The translations under genes and the position numbers were made by a program. Shown in pieces: positions 1 through 9,908 of a stretch of 64,000 nucleotides of DNA. Where the stretch lies: the IMG/VR virus record IMGVR_UViG_3300034418_011550, positions 32,001-96,000 of that record. The stretch is one strand, 5' to 3'. How positions within the stretch are numbered: position 1 is the first letter of the stretch; the number at the start of each line of letters is the position of its first letter. The notes under the pieces are model-generated. The model was not told the DNA's origin and did not search any database. It was given only the letters and a program-made list of their open reading frames with translations. This stretch comes from a virus.

Positions 1-2
1 CA

Positions 3-3000
3 GGAACCAGTGGTAGTTCAGGTTCATCAGGAACTAGCGGCTCATCAGGTTCATCAGGAACATCAGGTAGTTCAGGTTCATCCGGAACAAGTGGTTCTTC
101 AGGTTCATCAGGTACTAGTGGTTCATCTGGTTCATCTGGTTCAAGCGGAACTTCTGGTTCATCAGGTTCATCAGGTACTTCTGGTTCATCAGGAAGCAGT
201 GGTACTTCAGGTATAAGCGGTGTTAATGGAACAAGTGGTTCAAGCGGTTCTTCAGGTTCATCAGGATCTTCAGGTACAAGCGGTTCATCAGGTTCAAGTG
301 GCACAAGCGGTTCAAGTGGTAGTTCAGGTACAAGCGGTTCATCAGGTTCATCAGGGTCCTCAGGTACAAGTGGTTCATCCGGCTCATCAGGAACATCAGG
401 TTCTTCAGGAACATCTGGTAGTTCAGGTTCTTCAGGAACTAGTGGTTCATCTGGCTCATCTGGCTCATCAGGTACTAGTGGCTCATCAGGCTCATCTGGT
501 ACTTCAGGTTCTTCAGGCACTAGTGGTTCAAGTGGTTCATCAGGTACATCAGGTAGTTCTGGCAGCTCAGGAACTTCTGGCTCATCAGGCTCATCTGGAA
601 CTTCTGGCTCATCAGGTAGCAGTGGTACTTCAGGTATAAGCGGTGTAAACGGAACTTCTGGTTCATCAGGTTCATCAGGAACTTCAGGTTCATCAGGGTC
701 CTCAGGTACAAGTGGTTCATCTGGTTCTTCAGGCACCTCTGGTTCTTCTGGCTCATCTGGAACTTCTGGTTCATCAGGATCTAGTGGTACTAGCGGTTCA
801 AGTGGTTCTTCAGGAACTAGTGGTTCATCTGGTTCATCTGGTTCAAGTGGTACATCAGGTTCTTCAGGTTCTTCAGGTACAAGTGGATCAAGTGGAACCT
901 CAGGCAGCTCAGGTTCATCAGGAACTTCAGGATCATCAGGCAGTTCAGGTTCAAGTGGAACAAGCGGAAGTTCAGGATCTTCAGGTACTTCAGGTTCATC
1001 TGGCTCATCTGGATCAAGTGGAACTTCAGGTTCATCAGGATCTTCAGGTACAAGTGGCTCATCAGGAACTAGTGGAAGTTCAGGTTCATCAGGTACTTCT
1101 GGTTCTAGTGGTTCTAGCGGCTCAAGCGGAACAAGTGGTTCAAGCGGTAGTTCAGGTACCTCAGGCTCATCTGGTTCTTCAGGTACATCAGGTATAAGTG
1201 GTGTTAATGGAACTAGCGGTTCATCTGGATCAAGTGGAACATCAGGTTCAAGTGGTTCATCAGGAACAAGTGGTTCAAGTGGTTCTTCTGGGACAAGTGG
1301 TTCAAGCGGAACATCAGGTAGCTCAGGTTCTTCAGGTACAAGTGGATCAAGTGGAACCTCAGGCAGCTCAGGTTCATCAGGAACTTCAGGATCATCAGGC
1401 AGTTCAGGTTCAAGTGGAACAAGCGGAAGTTCAGGTACTTCAGGAAGTTCTGGTTCTTCAGGTACAAGCGGTTCATCTGGTACTTCAGGTTCAAGTGGAA
1501 CTAGTGGTTCATCTGGTTCATCAGGATCATCTGGTTCTTCAGGAACTTCTGGCTCTTCAGGAACTAGTGGTTCATCAGGAACATCAGGTTCAAGTGGTTC
1601 ATCAGGTACATCAGGCAGCTCAGGTAGCTCAGGTACATCAGGCATATCAGGTGTAAATGGAACAAGCGGTTCATCAGGAACTTCAGGTTCTAGTGGTTCA
1701 TCAGGAACAAGCGGTTCATCAGGAACTTCAGGTTCATCTGGAACAAGTGGTAGTTCAGGTTCAAGTGGAACATCAGGCAGCTCAGGTTCAAGCGGAACTA
1801 GTGGTTCAAGCGGTTCATCAGGCACTTCAGGTTCATCTGGATCTAGTGGAACAAGTGGTTCAAGTGGTACTTCAGGTTCATCAGGCACTTCAGGTTCATC
1901 TGGTTCATCAGGTACTAGTGGTTCAAGCGGTTCATCAGGAACAAGCGGTTCAAGCGGTACTTCAGGTAGTTCAGGTACTTCAGGATCATCTGGCTCAAGT
2001 GGTACTTCAGGTTCATCTGGTTCAAGCGGAACTAGTGGTTCATCAGGTTCATCAGGTACTTCAGGATCTTCAGGATCTTCAGGTACTTCAGGTATAAGTG
2101 GTGTTAATGGTACTTCTGGTTCCTCAGGAACTAGCGGTTCATCAGGCACTTCAGGTTCAAGTGGTTCATCAGGAACTAGTGGATCAAGTGGTTCTAGCGG
2201 GACAAGTGGTTCAAGCGGTTCATCTGGAACATCAGGTTCTTCTGGTTCCTCAGGAACTAGTGGCTCAAGCGGTACTAGTGGAAGCTCAGGCTCATCAGGA
2301 ACATCTGGTAGTTCTGGTAGTTCAGGTACTAGTGGTAGTTCTGGTACTTCAGGTTCAAGCGGAACTAGTGGTTCATCAGGTTCATCAGGAACTTCTGGCT
2401 CATCTGGTTCATCAGGAATATCAGGAAGTTCAGGAACATCTGGCTCAAGCGGCTCATCAGGAACTAGTGGTTCTTCAGGTTCAAGTGGAACTAGTGGTTC
2501 TAGTGGAACTTCAGGTTCTTCAGGAACAAGTGGTTCTAGTGGCACTTCAGGTTCAAGTGGCTCATCAGGAACTTCTGGATCAAGCGGTTCATCAGGTACA
2601 TCAGGCTCAAGTGGCTCAAGTGGTTCAAGTGGTACTTCAGGAAGCTCAGGTTCAAGCGGAACAAGCGGCTCATCAGGAACTAGTGGTTCATCTGGCTCAA
2701 GTGGAACATCAGGTTCATCAGGAACAAGCGGCTCATCAGGAACAAGTGGAAGCTCTGGAACATCAGGTTCTAGTGGCTCATCAGGTACAAGTGGCTCATC
2801 AGGTAGCTCAGGTACCTCAGGTATATCAGGTGTAAATGGTACTTCAGGTTCTTCAGGAACTAGCGGAAGTTCAGGAACATCTGGCTCATCAGGCTCATCT
2901 GGTACTTCAGGTTCAAGTGGTTCATCAGGAACTAGTGGAAGCTCAGGTACTTCAGGTTCTTCAGGTACATCAGGCTCTTCTGGAACATCAGGTTCTAGTG

Positions 3001-4898
3001 GAAGTAGTGGTACTAGTGGTTCTTCAGGTTCATCAGGTACTTCAGGTTCTTCAGGTACATCAGGCTCTTCTGGAACATCAGGTTCTAGTGGAAGTAGTGG
3101 TACTAGTGGTTCTTCAGGTTCATCAGGTACTTCAGGATCATCAGGTACATCAGGCTCATCTGGAACTTCAGGTAGTAGTGGTTCATCTGGTACTTCAGGT
3201 TCAAGCGGTTCTTCAGGAACTAGTGGAAGTTCAGGTACTTCAGGTTCATCAGGAACTTCTGGTTCATCAGGTTCATCAGGAACTTCTGGTTCATCAGGTT
3301 CATCAGGAACTAGTGGATCAAGTGGTTCATCTGGTACCTCTGGTTCAAGTGGAACAAGTGGTTCATCAGGTTCATCAGGTACAAGCGGCTCATCAGGTAG
3401 CAGTGGTACTTCAGGTATAAGTGGAGTTAACGGAACTTCAGGTTCTAGTGGTACTTCAGGCTCATCAGGAACATCAGGTTCATCTGGATCAAGTGGCACT
3501 TCAGGTTCATCAGGTTCATCTGGAACCTCAGGTTCTAGTGGTACTTCTGGCTCATCAGGAACCTCAGGTTCAAGTGGAAGTTCAGGAACATCTGGTTCAT
3601 CTGGATCAAGTGGCACTTCAGGTAGCTCAGGTTCAAGTGGTTCTTCAGGTTCATCTGGAACTAGTGGCTCAAGTGGAACTAGTGGTTCATCAGGAACAAG
3701 TGGATCTTCAGGTTCAAGTGGGACAAGTGGCTCATCCGGTTCTTCAGGTACTTCTGGAAGTTCAGGAACATCTGGTTCAAGTGGTTCATCAGGTACTTCA
3801 GGTTCATCAGGTAGCTCAGGTTCATCTGGAACTTCAGGCTCATCAGGTACTTCAGGTTCTTCAGGAACTAGTGGTTCATCTGGTTCAAGTGGTACCTCAG
3901 GTAGCTCAGGTTCATCAGGAACCTCAGGTTCATCTGGAACAAGTGGTTCAAGTGGAACTTCAGGCTCATCAGGCTCATCAGGTACAAGCGGCTCAAGTGG
4001 TAGCTCAGGTACTTCAGGTATATCAGGTGTAAATGGAACAAGCGGTTCATCAGGAACTAGTGGAAGTTCAGGTACATCTGGTTCATCAGGTTCTTCAGGT
4101 ACAAGTGGTTCATCAGGTTCATCAGGAACTAGTGGCTCATCTGGTACTTCAGGTTCATCAGGAACTAGCGGTAGTTCAGGAACATCAGGTTCTTCAGGTT
4201 CAAGTGGTACTTCAGGTAGCTCAGGCTCAAGCGGAACTAGTGGTTCCTCTGGTTCAAGTGGTACCTCAGGTTCTTCTGGATCTAGTGGAACTAGTGGTTC
4301 AAGTGGTTCATCAGGAACAAGCGGTTCTTCAGGTTCTAGCGGCACATCAGGTTCAAGTGGTTCCTCTGGAACAAGCGGTTCATCAGGTTCAAGCGGAACC
4401 TCCGGCTCATCTGGAACTTCAGGTTCATCAGGTACTTCTGGTTCAAGTGGTACTTCAGGCTCATCAGGCTCATCGGGTACTTCAGGTAGTTCAGGATCAA
4501 GTGGAACCAGTGGCTCTTCAGGAACTAGTGGTAGCTCAGGCTCTTCAGGAACTTCAGGTAGCTCAGGTTCATCTGGAACTTCAGGCTCATCTGGAACTTC
4601 AGGATCAAGTGGAACTTCAGGTTCATCTGGTTCATCAGGTACAAGTGGTTCAAGTGGTTCATCAGGAACGTCAGGTTCATCTGGTTCTTCTGGAACTTCT
4701 GGATCAAGCGGAACATCAGGCTCATCCGGTACAAGCGGCTCAAGTGGTAGCTCAGGTACTTCAGGTATAAGTGGAGTTAATGGAACATCAGGTTCTTCAG
4801 GAACTAGTGGTTCAAGTGGTACTTCAGGAAGCTCAGGTTCAAGCGGAACAAGCGGCTCATCAGGAACTAGTGGTTCATCTGGCTCAAGTGGAACAAGT
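3..4898 (+). repeat. Coding tandem repeat (GSS/GTS)n, 9-nt period, with nine GISGVNGTS landmarks
   Basis: Landmarks at 210, 633, 1191, 1641, 2091, 2820, 3414, 4017 and 4764. All spacings are multiples of 9 nt. Confidence 0.95.
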
Positions 4899-5738
4899 GG
4901 TACAACTACTATAACTAATAACATAGATGATCGTGTATTAACAGCTACAGGTACAGCTACTATTAATGGTGAATCTAATCTAACATTTGATGGTAGTACA
5001 TTAGGAGTAATAGGCACAGTCGGAATCGGTACAGATAGTCCACTGTATCAACTCCATGTATCAAGTAGTACTGCTGCTTTAGGAGTATATGAAAGAGCAG
5101 GAGGAGCTGCCTTATATTTAGAAGGTCAGTTAACTCGAGGTGTATTAGGTACTGTAAGTACACATCCATTACTAATTGCATACAATAGTGTTGAAGTAGC
5201 AAGATTTACAGGAACATCATTTGATGTAACTGGATCTTTAAATGTAGGAACTGGAACTGATATAAACTTAATTGGAGGAGGAAATTTAGAAACCAACGGA
5301 GGAAATGTAAATACAACTGGAGGAAGTATTAACATCGGAGGAGGAGCTGTAAACGGTACAACCCCAGGATCTTCAGTCAATGTTGATGTTATTAATGCCA
5401 ATATTAAAAACTTTGATATTACTCATCCATCTAAAGGCGAACCTCATAGATTAAGATACTCAGTACTTGAAGGTCCAGAAATTGGTGTATATGTTAGAGG
5501 TAGATTAACTAATAACAATATAATTGAATTACCATATTATTGGGTTGACTTAGTACATGAAGATTCTATAACAGTAACTTTAACACCAATTGGTAAACAT
5601 CAAAACCTATATGTAATATCTGCAAACCCAGAAAAAGTGGTAGTAGGAATTGAAGAAGGAACAATTGATTGTTACTATGTAATATATGGAGAAAGAAAAG
5701 ATGTAGACAAATTAACAATTGAATACATTAAAGAATAA
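3..5738 (+). CDS. Giant Gly-Ser/Thr-Ser repeat fibre protein, 5'-truncated, >=1911 aa; ~544 G-X-Y triplets, then a beta-rich region and a C-terminal KNFDITHPSK...LEGPEIGVYVRG domain
   Basis: Frame +3 reads GTSGSSGSSGTS... from nt 3 and ends ...TIEYIKE at TAA 5736-5738. It is absent from the ORF track because its start lies outside the window. The tail after nt 4900 is fibre-like (VGIGTDSPLYQLHV). Confidence 0.9.
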   Translation, partial: GTSGSSGSSGTSGSSGSSGTSGSSGSSGTSGSSGSSGTSGSSGSSGSSGTSGSSGSSGTSGSSGSSGTSGISGVNGTSGSSGSSGSSGSSGTSGSSGSSGTSGSSGSSGTSGSSGSSGSSGTSGSSGSSGTSGSSGTSGSSGSSGTSGSSGSSGSSGTSGSSGSSGTSGSSGTSGSSGSSGTSGSSGSSGTSGSSGSSGTSGSSGSSGTSGISGVNGTSGSSGSSGTSGSSGSSGTSGSSGSSGTSGSSGSSGTSGSSGSSGTSGSSGSSGTSGSSGSSGSSGTSGSSGSSGTSGSSGTSGSSGSSGTSGSSGSSGSSGTSGSSGSSGTSGSSGSSGSSGTSGSSGSSGTSGSSGTSGSSGSSGTSGSSGSSGSSGTSGSSGSSGTSGSSGSSGTSGISGVNGTSGSSGSSGTSGSSGSSGTSGSSGSSGTSGSSGTSGSSGSSGTSGSSGTSGSSGSSGTSGSSGSSGSSGTSGSSGTSGSSGSSGTSGSSGTSGSSGTSGSSGSSGSSGSSGTSGSSGTSGSSGTSGSSGSSGTSGSSGSSGTSGISGVNGTSGSSGTSGSSGSSGTSGSSGTSGSSGTSGSSGSSGTSGSSGSSGTSGSSGSSGTSGSSGSSGTSGSSGTSGSSGTSGSSGSSGTSGSSGSSGTSGSSGTSGSSGTSGSSGSSGTSGSSGSSGTSGSSGSSGTSGSSGSSGTSGISGVNGTSGSSGTSGSSGTSGSSGSSGTSGSSGSSGTSGSSGSSGTSGSSGSSGTSGSSGTSGSSGSSGTSGSSGSSGTSGSSGTSGSSGTSGSSGSSGTSGSSGSSGISGSSGTSGSSGSSGTSGSSGSSGTSGSSGTSGSSGTSGSSGTSGSSGSSGTSGSSGSSGTSGSSGSSGSSGTSGSSGSSGTSGSSGTSGSSGSSGTSGSSGTSGSSGTSGSSGTSGSSGSSGTSGSSGSSGTSGISGVNGTSGSSGTSGSSGTSGSSGSSGTSGSSGSSGTSGSSGTSGSSGTSGSSGTSGSSGSSGTSGSSGSSGTSGSSGTSGSSGTSGSSGSSGTSGSSGSSGTSGSSGTSGSSGTSGSSGSSGTSGSSGSSGTSGSSGTSGSSGTSGSSGSSGTSGSSGSSGTSGSSGSSGTSGSSGTSGSSGSSGTSGSSGSSGTSGISGVNGTSGSSGTSGSSGTSGSSGSSGTSGSSGSSGTSGSSGTSGSSGTSGSSGSSGTSGSSGSSGTSGSSGSSGSSGSSGTSGSSGTSGSSGTSGSSGSSGTSGSSGSSGTSGSSGTSGSSGSSGTSGSSGSSGSSGTSGSSGTSGSSGTSGSSGSSGTSGSSGSSGTSGSSGTSGSSGTSGSSGSSGTSGSSGSSGTSGISGVNGTSGSSGTSGSSGTSGSSGSSGTSGSSGSSGTSGSSGTSGSSGTSGSSGTSGSSGSSGTSGSSGSSGTSGSSGSSGTSGSSGSSGTSGSSGSSGTSGSSGSSGTSGSSGSSGTSGSSGSSGTSGSSGTSGSSGTSGSSGTSGSSGSSGTSGSSGSSGTSGSSGTSGSSGSSGTSGSSGSSGTSGSSGTSGSSGTSGSSGSSGTSGSSGSSGTSGSSGSSGTSGSSGTSGSSGTSGSSGSSGTSGISGVNGTSGSSGTSGSSGTSGSSGSSGTSGSSGTSGSSGSSGTSGTTTITNNIDDRVLTATGTATINGESNLTFDGSTLGVIGTVGIGTDSPLYQLHVSSSTAALGVYERAGGAALYLEGQLTRGVLGTVSTHPLLIAYNSVEVARFTGTSFDVTGSLNVGTGTDINLIGGGNLETNGGNVNTTGGSINIGGGAVNGTTPGSSVNVDVINANIKNFDITHPSKGEPHRLRYSVLEGPEIGVYVRGRLTNNNIIELPYYWVDLVHEDSITVTLTPIGKHQNLYVISANPEKVVVGIEEGTIDCYYVIYGERKDVDKLTIEYIKE

Positions 5739-5745
5739 TATTTAT
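5737..5745 (+). promoter_or_regulatory. Candidate late promoter core ATATTTAT (class 2); representative copy
   Basis: Just upstream of starts at 5737, 18668, 19502, 19785, 21610, 22181, 23251, 25888, 32559, 41240, 48720, 54365, 56175 and 62787; mostly structural genes. Confidence 0.6.
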
Positions 5746-5750
5746 TATAA

Positions 5751-8390
5751 ATGGCTAAAAACGTCCAAATAATACCAGCATCAGGAACTGTAGATTTTCA
5801 AGATGGAACTCAATCAGTTATCCTGACAATGAAAAAATCAGGAGCTGTAGCTACAGGTATTGATATTTCTGTAAATGGTAGTGCTCCTGTGAGTATTCAA
5901 GGTACTCAAGGCACTACAGGTACTCAAGGTACTACTGGTCCTCAAGGTACAACAGGTACACAAGGAACAACAGGTACTCAAGGTATTCAAGGACGTCAAG
6001 GTGTAACAGGTCCACAAGGTACTACAGGTACCCAAGGTACTACAGGTACTCAAGGAGCAACCGGAACTCAAGGCACTACTGGTACTCAAGGCACTACTGG
6101 TACTCAAGGTACTACAGGCGCGCAAGGTATACAAGGTATAACAGGTAACACAGGTCCTACTGGTCCAACAGGCCCACAAGGTACAACAGGTGCTACAGGT
6201 TCACAAGGTACTACAGGCGCGCAAGGTATACAAGGTATAACAGGTAACACAGGTCCTACTGGTCCAACAGGCCCACAAGGTACAACAGGTACACAAGGTA
6301 CTTTAGGTCCTGTAGGTCCACAAGGAGCAATAGGTGCTCAAGGTATTCAAGGTGTTATAGGTCCTGTAGGAGCAACAGGTCCACAAGGAACAACCGGGGG
6401 AACAGGTCCAACAGGTCCTCAAGGCACTACTGGTACTCAAGGAACTATAGGTGCTCAAGGTATCCAAGGACGTCAAGGTATAACAGGTAACACTGGAGGA
6501 ACAGGTCCAACAGGTCCTCAAGGTACAACCGGGGGAACAGGTCCAACAGGTCCTCAAGGCACTACTGGTACTCAAGGAACTATAGGTGCTCAAGGTATAC
6601 AAGGTAGACAAGGTATAACAGGTAATACAGGCCCAATAGGACCAGATGGTCCTACAGGTCCTACAGGTTCACAAGGTACTACAGGCGCACAAGGTATACA
6701 AGGTATAACAGGTAACACAGGCGGAACAGGCCCAACTGGTCCAACAGGTCCAACTGGTCCAACTGGTCCACAAGGTACAACAGGTGCTCAAGGTATACAA
6801 GGTAGACAAGGTATAACAGGTAACACAGGCGGAACAGGTCCAACAGGTCCTCAAGGTACTTTAGGTCCTATAGGTCCTCAAGGAGCTATTGGTGCTCAAG
6901 GTATTCAAGGTATTATAGGTCCTGTAGGAGCTACTGGACCACAAGGAACAACAGGTGGAACAGGTCCAACAGGTCCTCAAGGCACTACTGGTACTCAAGG
7001 AACTACAGGTGCTCAAGGTATACAAGGACGTCAAGGTATAACAGGTAACACTGGAGGAACAGGTCCAACAGGTCCTCAAGGTACGACCGGGGGAACAGGT
7101 CCAACAGGTCCAACAGGTCCTCAAGGTACAACAGGTACCCAAGGAGCTATTGGTGCTCAAGGTATACAAGGTCGTCAAGGAATAACAGGTAATATAGGCC
7201 CAATAGGACCAGACGGTCCTACAGGCCCTACAGGCCCAACAGGCCCACAAGGAACAACTGGTGGAACAGGTGCTCAAGGTATACAAGGTAGACAAGGTAT
7301 AACAGGTAACACTGGAGGAACAGGCCCAACAGGTCCTCAAGGAACAACTGGAGGTACTGGAGGAACAGGTCCAACAGGTGCTCAAGGTATACAAGGTATA
7401 ACAGGTAACACTGGAGGAACAGGTCCAACAGGTCCTCAAGGAACAACTGGAGGTACTGGAGGAACAGGTCCAACAGGCCCACAAGGAACAACTGGAGGTA
7501 CTGGAGGAACAGGCCCAACAGGTGCTCAAGGTATACAAGGTATAACAGGTAACACTGGAGGAACAGGACCAACTGGTCCACAAGGAACAACAGGTGGAAC
7601 AGGAGGTACAGGACCAACTGGTCCACAAGGTACTATCGGAGCACAAGGTATTCAAGGACGTCAAGGTATAACAGGAGACCAAGGAAACCCAGGTGTCCCT
7701 GGAACTCAAGGTACTACTGGAGCAACAGGTACTCAAGGAACTACCGGTGCTCAAGGTATCCAAGGACGTCAAGGTATAACTGGTGGAACAGGAGGAACAG
7801 GTCCACAAGGCACAGCGGGTAGTAATGGAAGCACAGGTCCAACAGGTCCACAAGGTACAACAGGCGGAACAGGAGGAACAGGTCCAACAGGCCCACAAGG
7901 AACAACTGGTGGAACAGGAGGAACAGGTCCACAAGGTGCAGCAGGTAGTAATGGAAGCACAGGTCCAACAGGCCCACAAGGTACAACTGGTGGGTTTACT
8001 ACAAACTCAAACGCTCAAATTAACTCATTAGGTGTTAATACAACTGCTCCAGGTATTGCTGGAGAAATTAGAGCAACAGGTAACATTATAGCATTCTACT
8101 CAGATGCTAGATTAAAAACTAATGTTGAAAAAATTGAATCAGCTTTAGAATTAATTTCTAAACTTAGAGGTGTAAGATACAATTGGACTGAAGAAGCTGA
8201 AGCAATGGCCCCTTCAAGAGCTGGTAAAACAGAAATTGGAGTTATTGCTCAAGAAGTTGAAAAAGTACTTCCTGAAATAGTAGTTGATTGGGATGAATAT
8301 AAGACAGTAGTTTATGATAGATTAACAGCATTGTTGATTGAAGCTGTTAAAGAATTAATAGATGAAGTAAACCAATTAAAAAATAAATAA
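5751..8390 (+). CDS. Collagen-like tail fibre with C-terminal Peptidase S74 intramolecular chaperone
   Basis: About 232 G-X-Y triplets ([18 protein letters not shown]) at 5901-7989. The C-terminus [10 protein letters not shown]...[13 protein letters not shown]...LLIEAVKEL is the S74 signature. Confidence 0.92.
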   Translation: MAKNVQIIPASGTVDFQDGTQSVILTMKKSGAVATGIDISVNGSAPVSIQGTQGTTGTQGTTGPQGTTGTQGTTGTQGIQGRQGVTGPQGTTGTQGTTGTQGATGTQGTTGTQGTTGTQGTTGAQGIQGITGNTGPTGPTGPQGTTGATGSQGTTGAQGIQGITGNTGPTGPTGPQGTTGTQGTLGPVGPQGAIGAQGIQGVIGPVGATGPQGTTGGTGPTGPQGTTGTQGTIGAQGIQGRQGITGNTGGTGPTGPQGTTGGTGPTGPQGTTGTQGTIGAQGIQGRQGITGNTGPIGPDGPTGPTGSQGTTGAQGIQGITGNTGGTGPTGPTGPTGPTGPQGTTGAQGIQGRQGITGNTGGTGPTGPQGTLGPIGPQGAIGAQGIQGIIGPVGATGPQGTTGGTGPTGPQGTTGTQGTTGAQGIQGRQGITGNTGGTGPTGPQGTTGGTGPTGPTGPQGTTGTQGAIGAQGIQGRQGITGNIGPIGPDGPTGPTGPTGPQGTTGGTGAQGIQGRQGITGNTGGTGPTGPQGTTGGTGGTGPTGAQGIQGITGNTGGTGPTGPQGTTGGTGGTGPTGPQGTTGGTGGTGPTGAQGIQGITGNTGGTGPTGPQGTTGGTGGTGPTGPQGTIGAQGIQGRQGITGDQGNPGVPGTQGTTGATGTQGTTGAQGIQGRQGITGGTGGTGPQGTAGSNGSTGPTGPQGTTGGTGGTGPTGPQGTTGGTGGTGPQGAAGSNGSTGPTGPQGTTGGFTTNSNAQINSLGVNTTAPGIAGEIRATGNIIAFYSDARLKTNVEKIESALELISKLRGVRYNWTEEAEAMAPSRAGKTEIGVIAQEVEKVLPEIVVDWDEYKTVVYDRLTALLIEAVKELIDEVNQLKNK

Positions 8391-9083
8391 ATGGCAATAC
8401 CTAGTACTAATGTTTATTTAGAAAATATTTATTGGGAAGCTCAATTTGGAGGAGGAAGTGGTAATCCTGGTAGTGGAATTAGTTTTGGAGACTTAGCAGG
8501 ATATTCTTATTTTGATGGTTCTAATGGTAGTGGTACTATATCCTACAACGCCTGGGGCCAAAATTCAGCAGGAGGTGTAAATAGAATATATGGCTTACCT
8601 ATAGCTGCTAACCCCGGACCTTATGAATTTAATGATTATAAAAGTTTAGTTTATTTTTATGATCAAAGTAGTTATCAAGTTACTTTAACTGTAATAAATA
8701 ACCTAGCTCCACCTCCACCTCCACCTCCTCCTATTAATAACGATGTACAAGACTGCAATTTATCCTTTTATGACAATTCAGGAACTTATCTTTATTTAGC
8801 AGGTAACTCAGGAGGAGTACCAACATTTAGTAGTTTTGGCCCTACAGACATATCACAAAATAATACCCCTATTATAGCCCAAGGTTATTGGTATATAGAT
8901 TTAAGTATGGATCCTGGTTTTGGAGGAGGTTCTTGTGACATAAGCATAAATGGAACAGGATATGTTACAGGAGCAGGAATAGGTGGAGGTAGTAACCTTT
9001 TTGATTGGAATACATATGGAGCGGCGGCTATAGCTAATGCTGGATCTTTTATTGGATTAGATGTGGTAGTAACTGTTTATTAA
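8391..9083 (+). CDS. Probable fibre-associated virion protein, Gly-rich with a poly-Pro tract
   Basis: Abuts the fibre gene; G/S/N/Y-rich; contains APPPPPPPP. Confidence 0.5.
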   Translation: MAIPSTNVYLENIYWEAQFGGGSGNPGSGISFGDLAGYSYFDGSNGSGTISYNAWGQNSAGGVNRIYGLPIAANPGPYEFNDYKSLVYFYDQSSYQVTLTVINNLAPPPPPPPPINNDVQDCNLSFYDNSGTYLYLAGNSGGVPTFSSFGPTDISQNNTPIIAQGYWYIDLSMDPGFGGGSCDISINGTGYVTGAGIGGGSNLFDWNTYGAAAIANAGSFIGLDVVVTVY

Positions 9084-9085
9084 TT

Positions 9086-9283
9086 ATGCCTACTTATACT
9101 TTTATATCAACAAGACAATTTTTAGGTTATATACCTTCATCTACTTTAGAAGAAACCATTTTTAATAAATGTAAAGAAGTAAAATCTTTATATAGAATTA
9201 GCGGAGTTAACCCTAGATATTATTTTTACCTTACAACTTTTTTACAAGAATATTTTCAAGATAAAGTAGGAAATCCGGAATAA
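9086..9283 (+). CDS. Hypothetical protein (65 aa)
   Basis: ATG ORF packed in the operon; no motif recognised. Confidence 0.5.
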   Translation: MPTYTFISTRQFLGYIPSSTLEETIFNKCKEVKSLYRISGVNPRYYFYLTTFLQEYFQDKVGNPE

Positions 9284-9285
9284 AA

Positions 9286-9316
9286 TTTGGTTTTTTAAAA
9301 TAAATTTGTTATATTA
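9286..9316 (+). promoter_or_regulatory. Bacteroidota-type sigma70 promoter (class 1, YTTGG-N19-TAnnTT); representative copy
   Basis: A TTGG/TTGT box with exactly 19 nt to a TAnnTT box occurs at 9287, 22152, 33177, 34947, 36927, 42611, 43557, 49486, 51168, 51725, 55394 and 56884. Confidence 0.8.
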
Positions 9317-9325
9317 TAATTAATT

Positions 9326-9907
9326 ATGTACTCTAGACCTATATTTGATCCTAATTTAGAAATTGATCAAACAAACTACTACTGGTTCGAAAATGGATTC
9401 TCTTCAGATGAAGCAGATGAAATCTTAAAACTTACAAAAGACTATGAATTTGAACAAGCTACTATTATATCTGGCAATACATCAGATATAAGAAATAGTA
9501 ATATCAAATGGATAGCACCAAGTGAAAATTCTTCTTGGATTTATGACCGTTTAATGGGTTGTATTAAAGAAGCTAATAGTGTTTGGAAATTTAATCTTTA
9601 TTCTGTTTTAGATGATATTCAATATACAGAATATAGAGGCGGTGGTGGACATTATAACTGGCATATAGATATCGGCCCAGGTTCAATTTCCCATCGTAAA
9701 GTATCAGTTATTGTACAACTTTCTGATCCTTCAGAATATACTGGAGGTGTTTTAGAAATTAGTTCAGGCAGTAACACCCAAAAAGTTTCAAATAAAAAAG
9801 GAGCAGTTATTGTTTTCCCTTCATTTTTACAACACAGAATAACCCCTGTAGCCTCAGGTTTAAGAAAAAGCTTAGTATTATGGGCTGGTGGAGAACACTA
9901 TAAGTAA
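9326..9907 (+). CDS. 2OG-Fe(II) dioxygenase, prolyl-4-hydroxylase/PKHD-like
   Basis: WHID (HxD), RKVSVIVQLS, EYTGG, FPSFLQHRITPV (distal His), LRKSLVLW (2OG-binding Arg). Confidence 0.88.
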   Translation: MYSRPIFDPNLEIDQTNYYWFENGFSSDEADEILKLTKDYEFEQATIISGNTSDIRNSNIKWIAPSENSSWIYDRLMGCIKEANSVWKFNLYSVLDDIQYTEYRGGGGHYNWHIDIGPGSISHRKVSVIVQLSDPSEYTGGVLEISSGSNTQKVSNKKGAVIVFPSFLQHRITPVASGLRKSLVLWAGGEHYK

Positions 9908-9908
9908 T

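Noticed and set aside
10-4770. Series of Q/V/H/L-rich ORFs in frame +1, and the minus-strand ORFs here
   Set aside because: Off-frame shadows of the GSS repeat. They break at TAA created by the GISGVNG landmarks; frame +3 is the continuous gene.
5838-8031. C/T/W/S-rich minus-strand ORFs and the 7783..8031 ORF
   Set aside because: Antisense or off-frame shadows of the collagen repeat.
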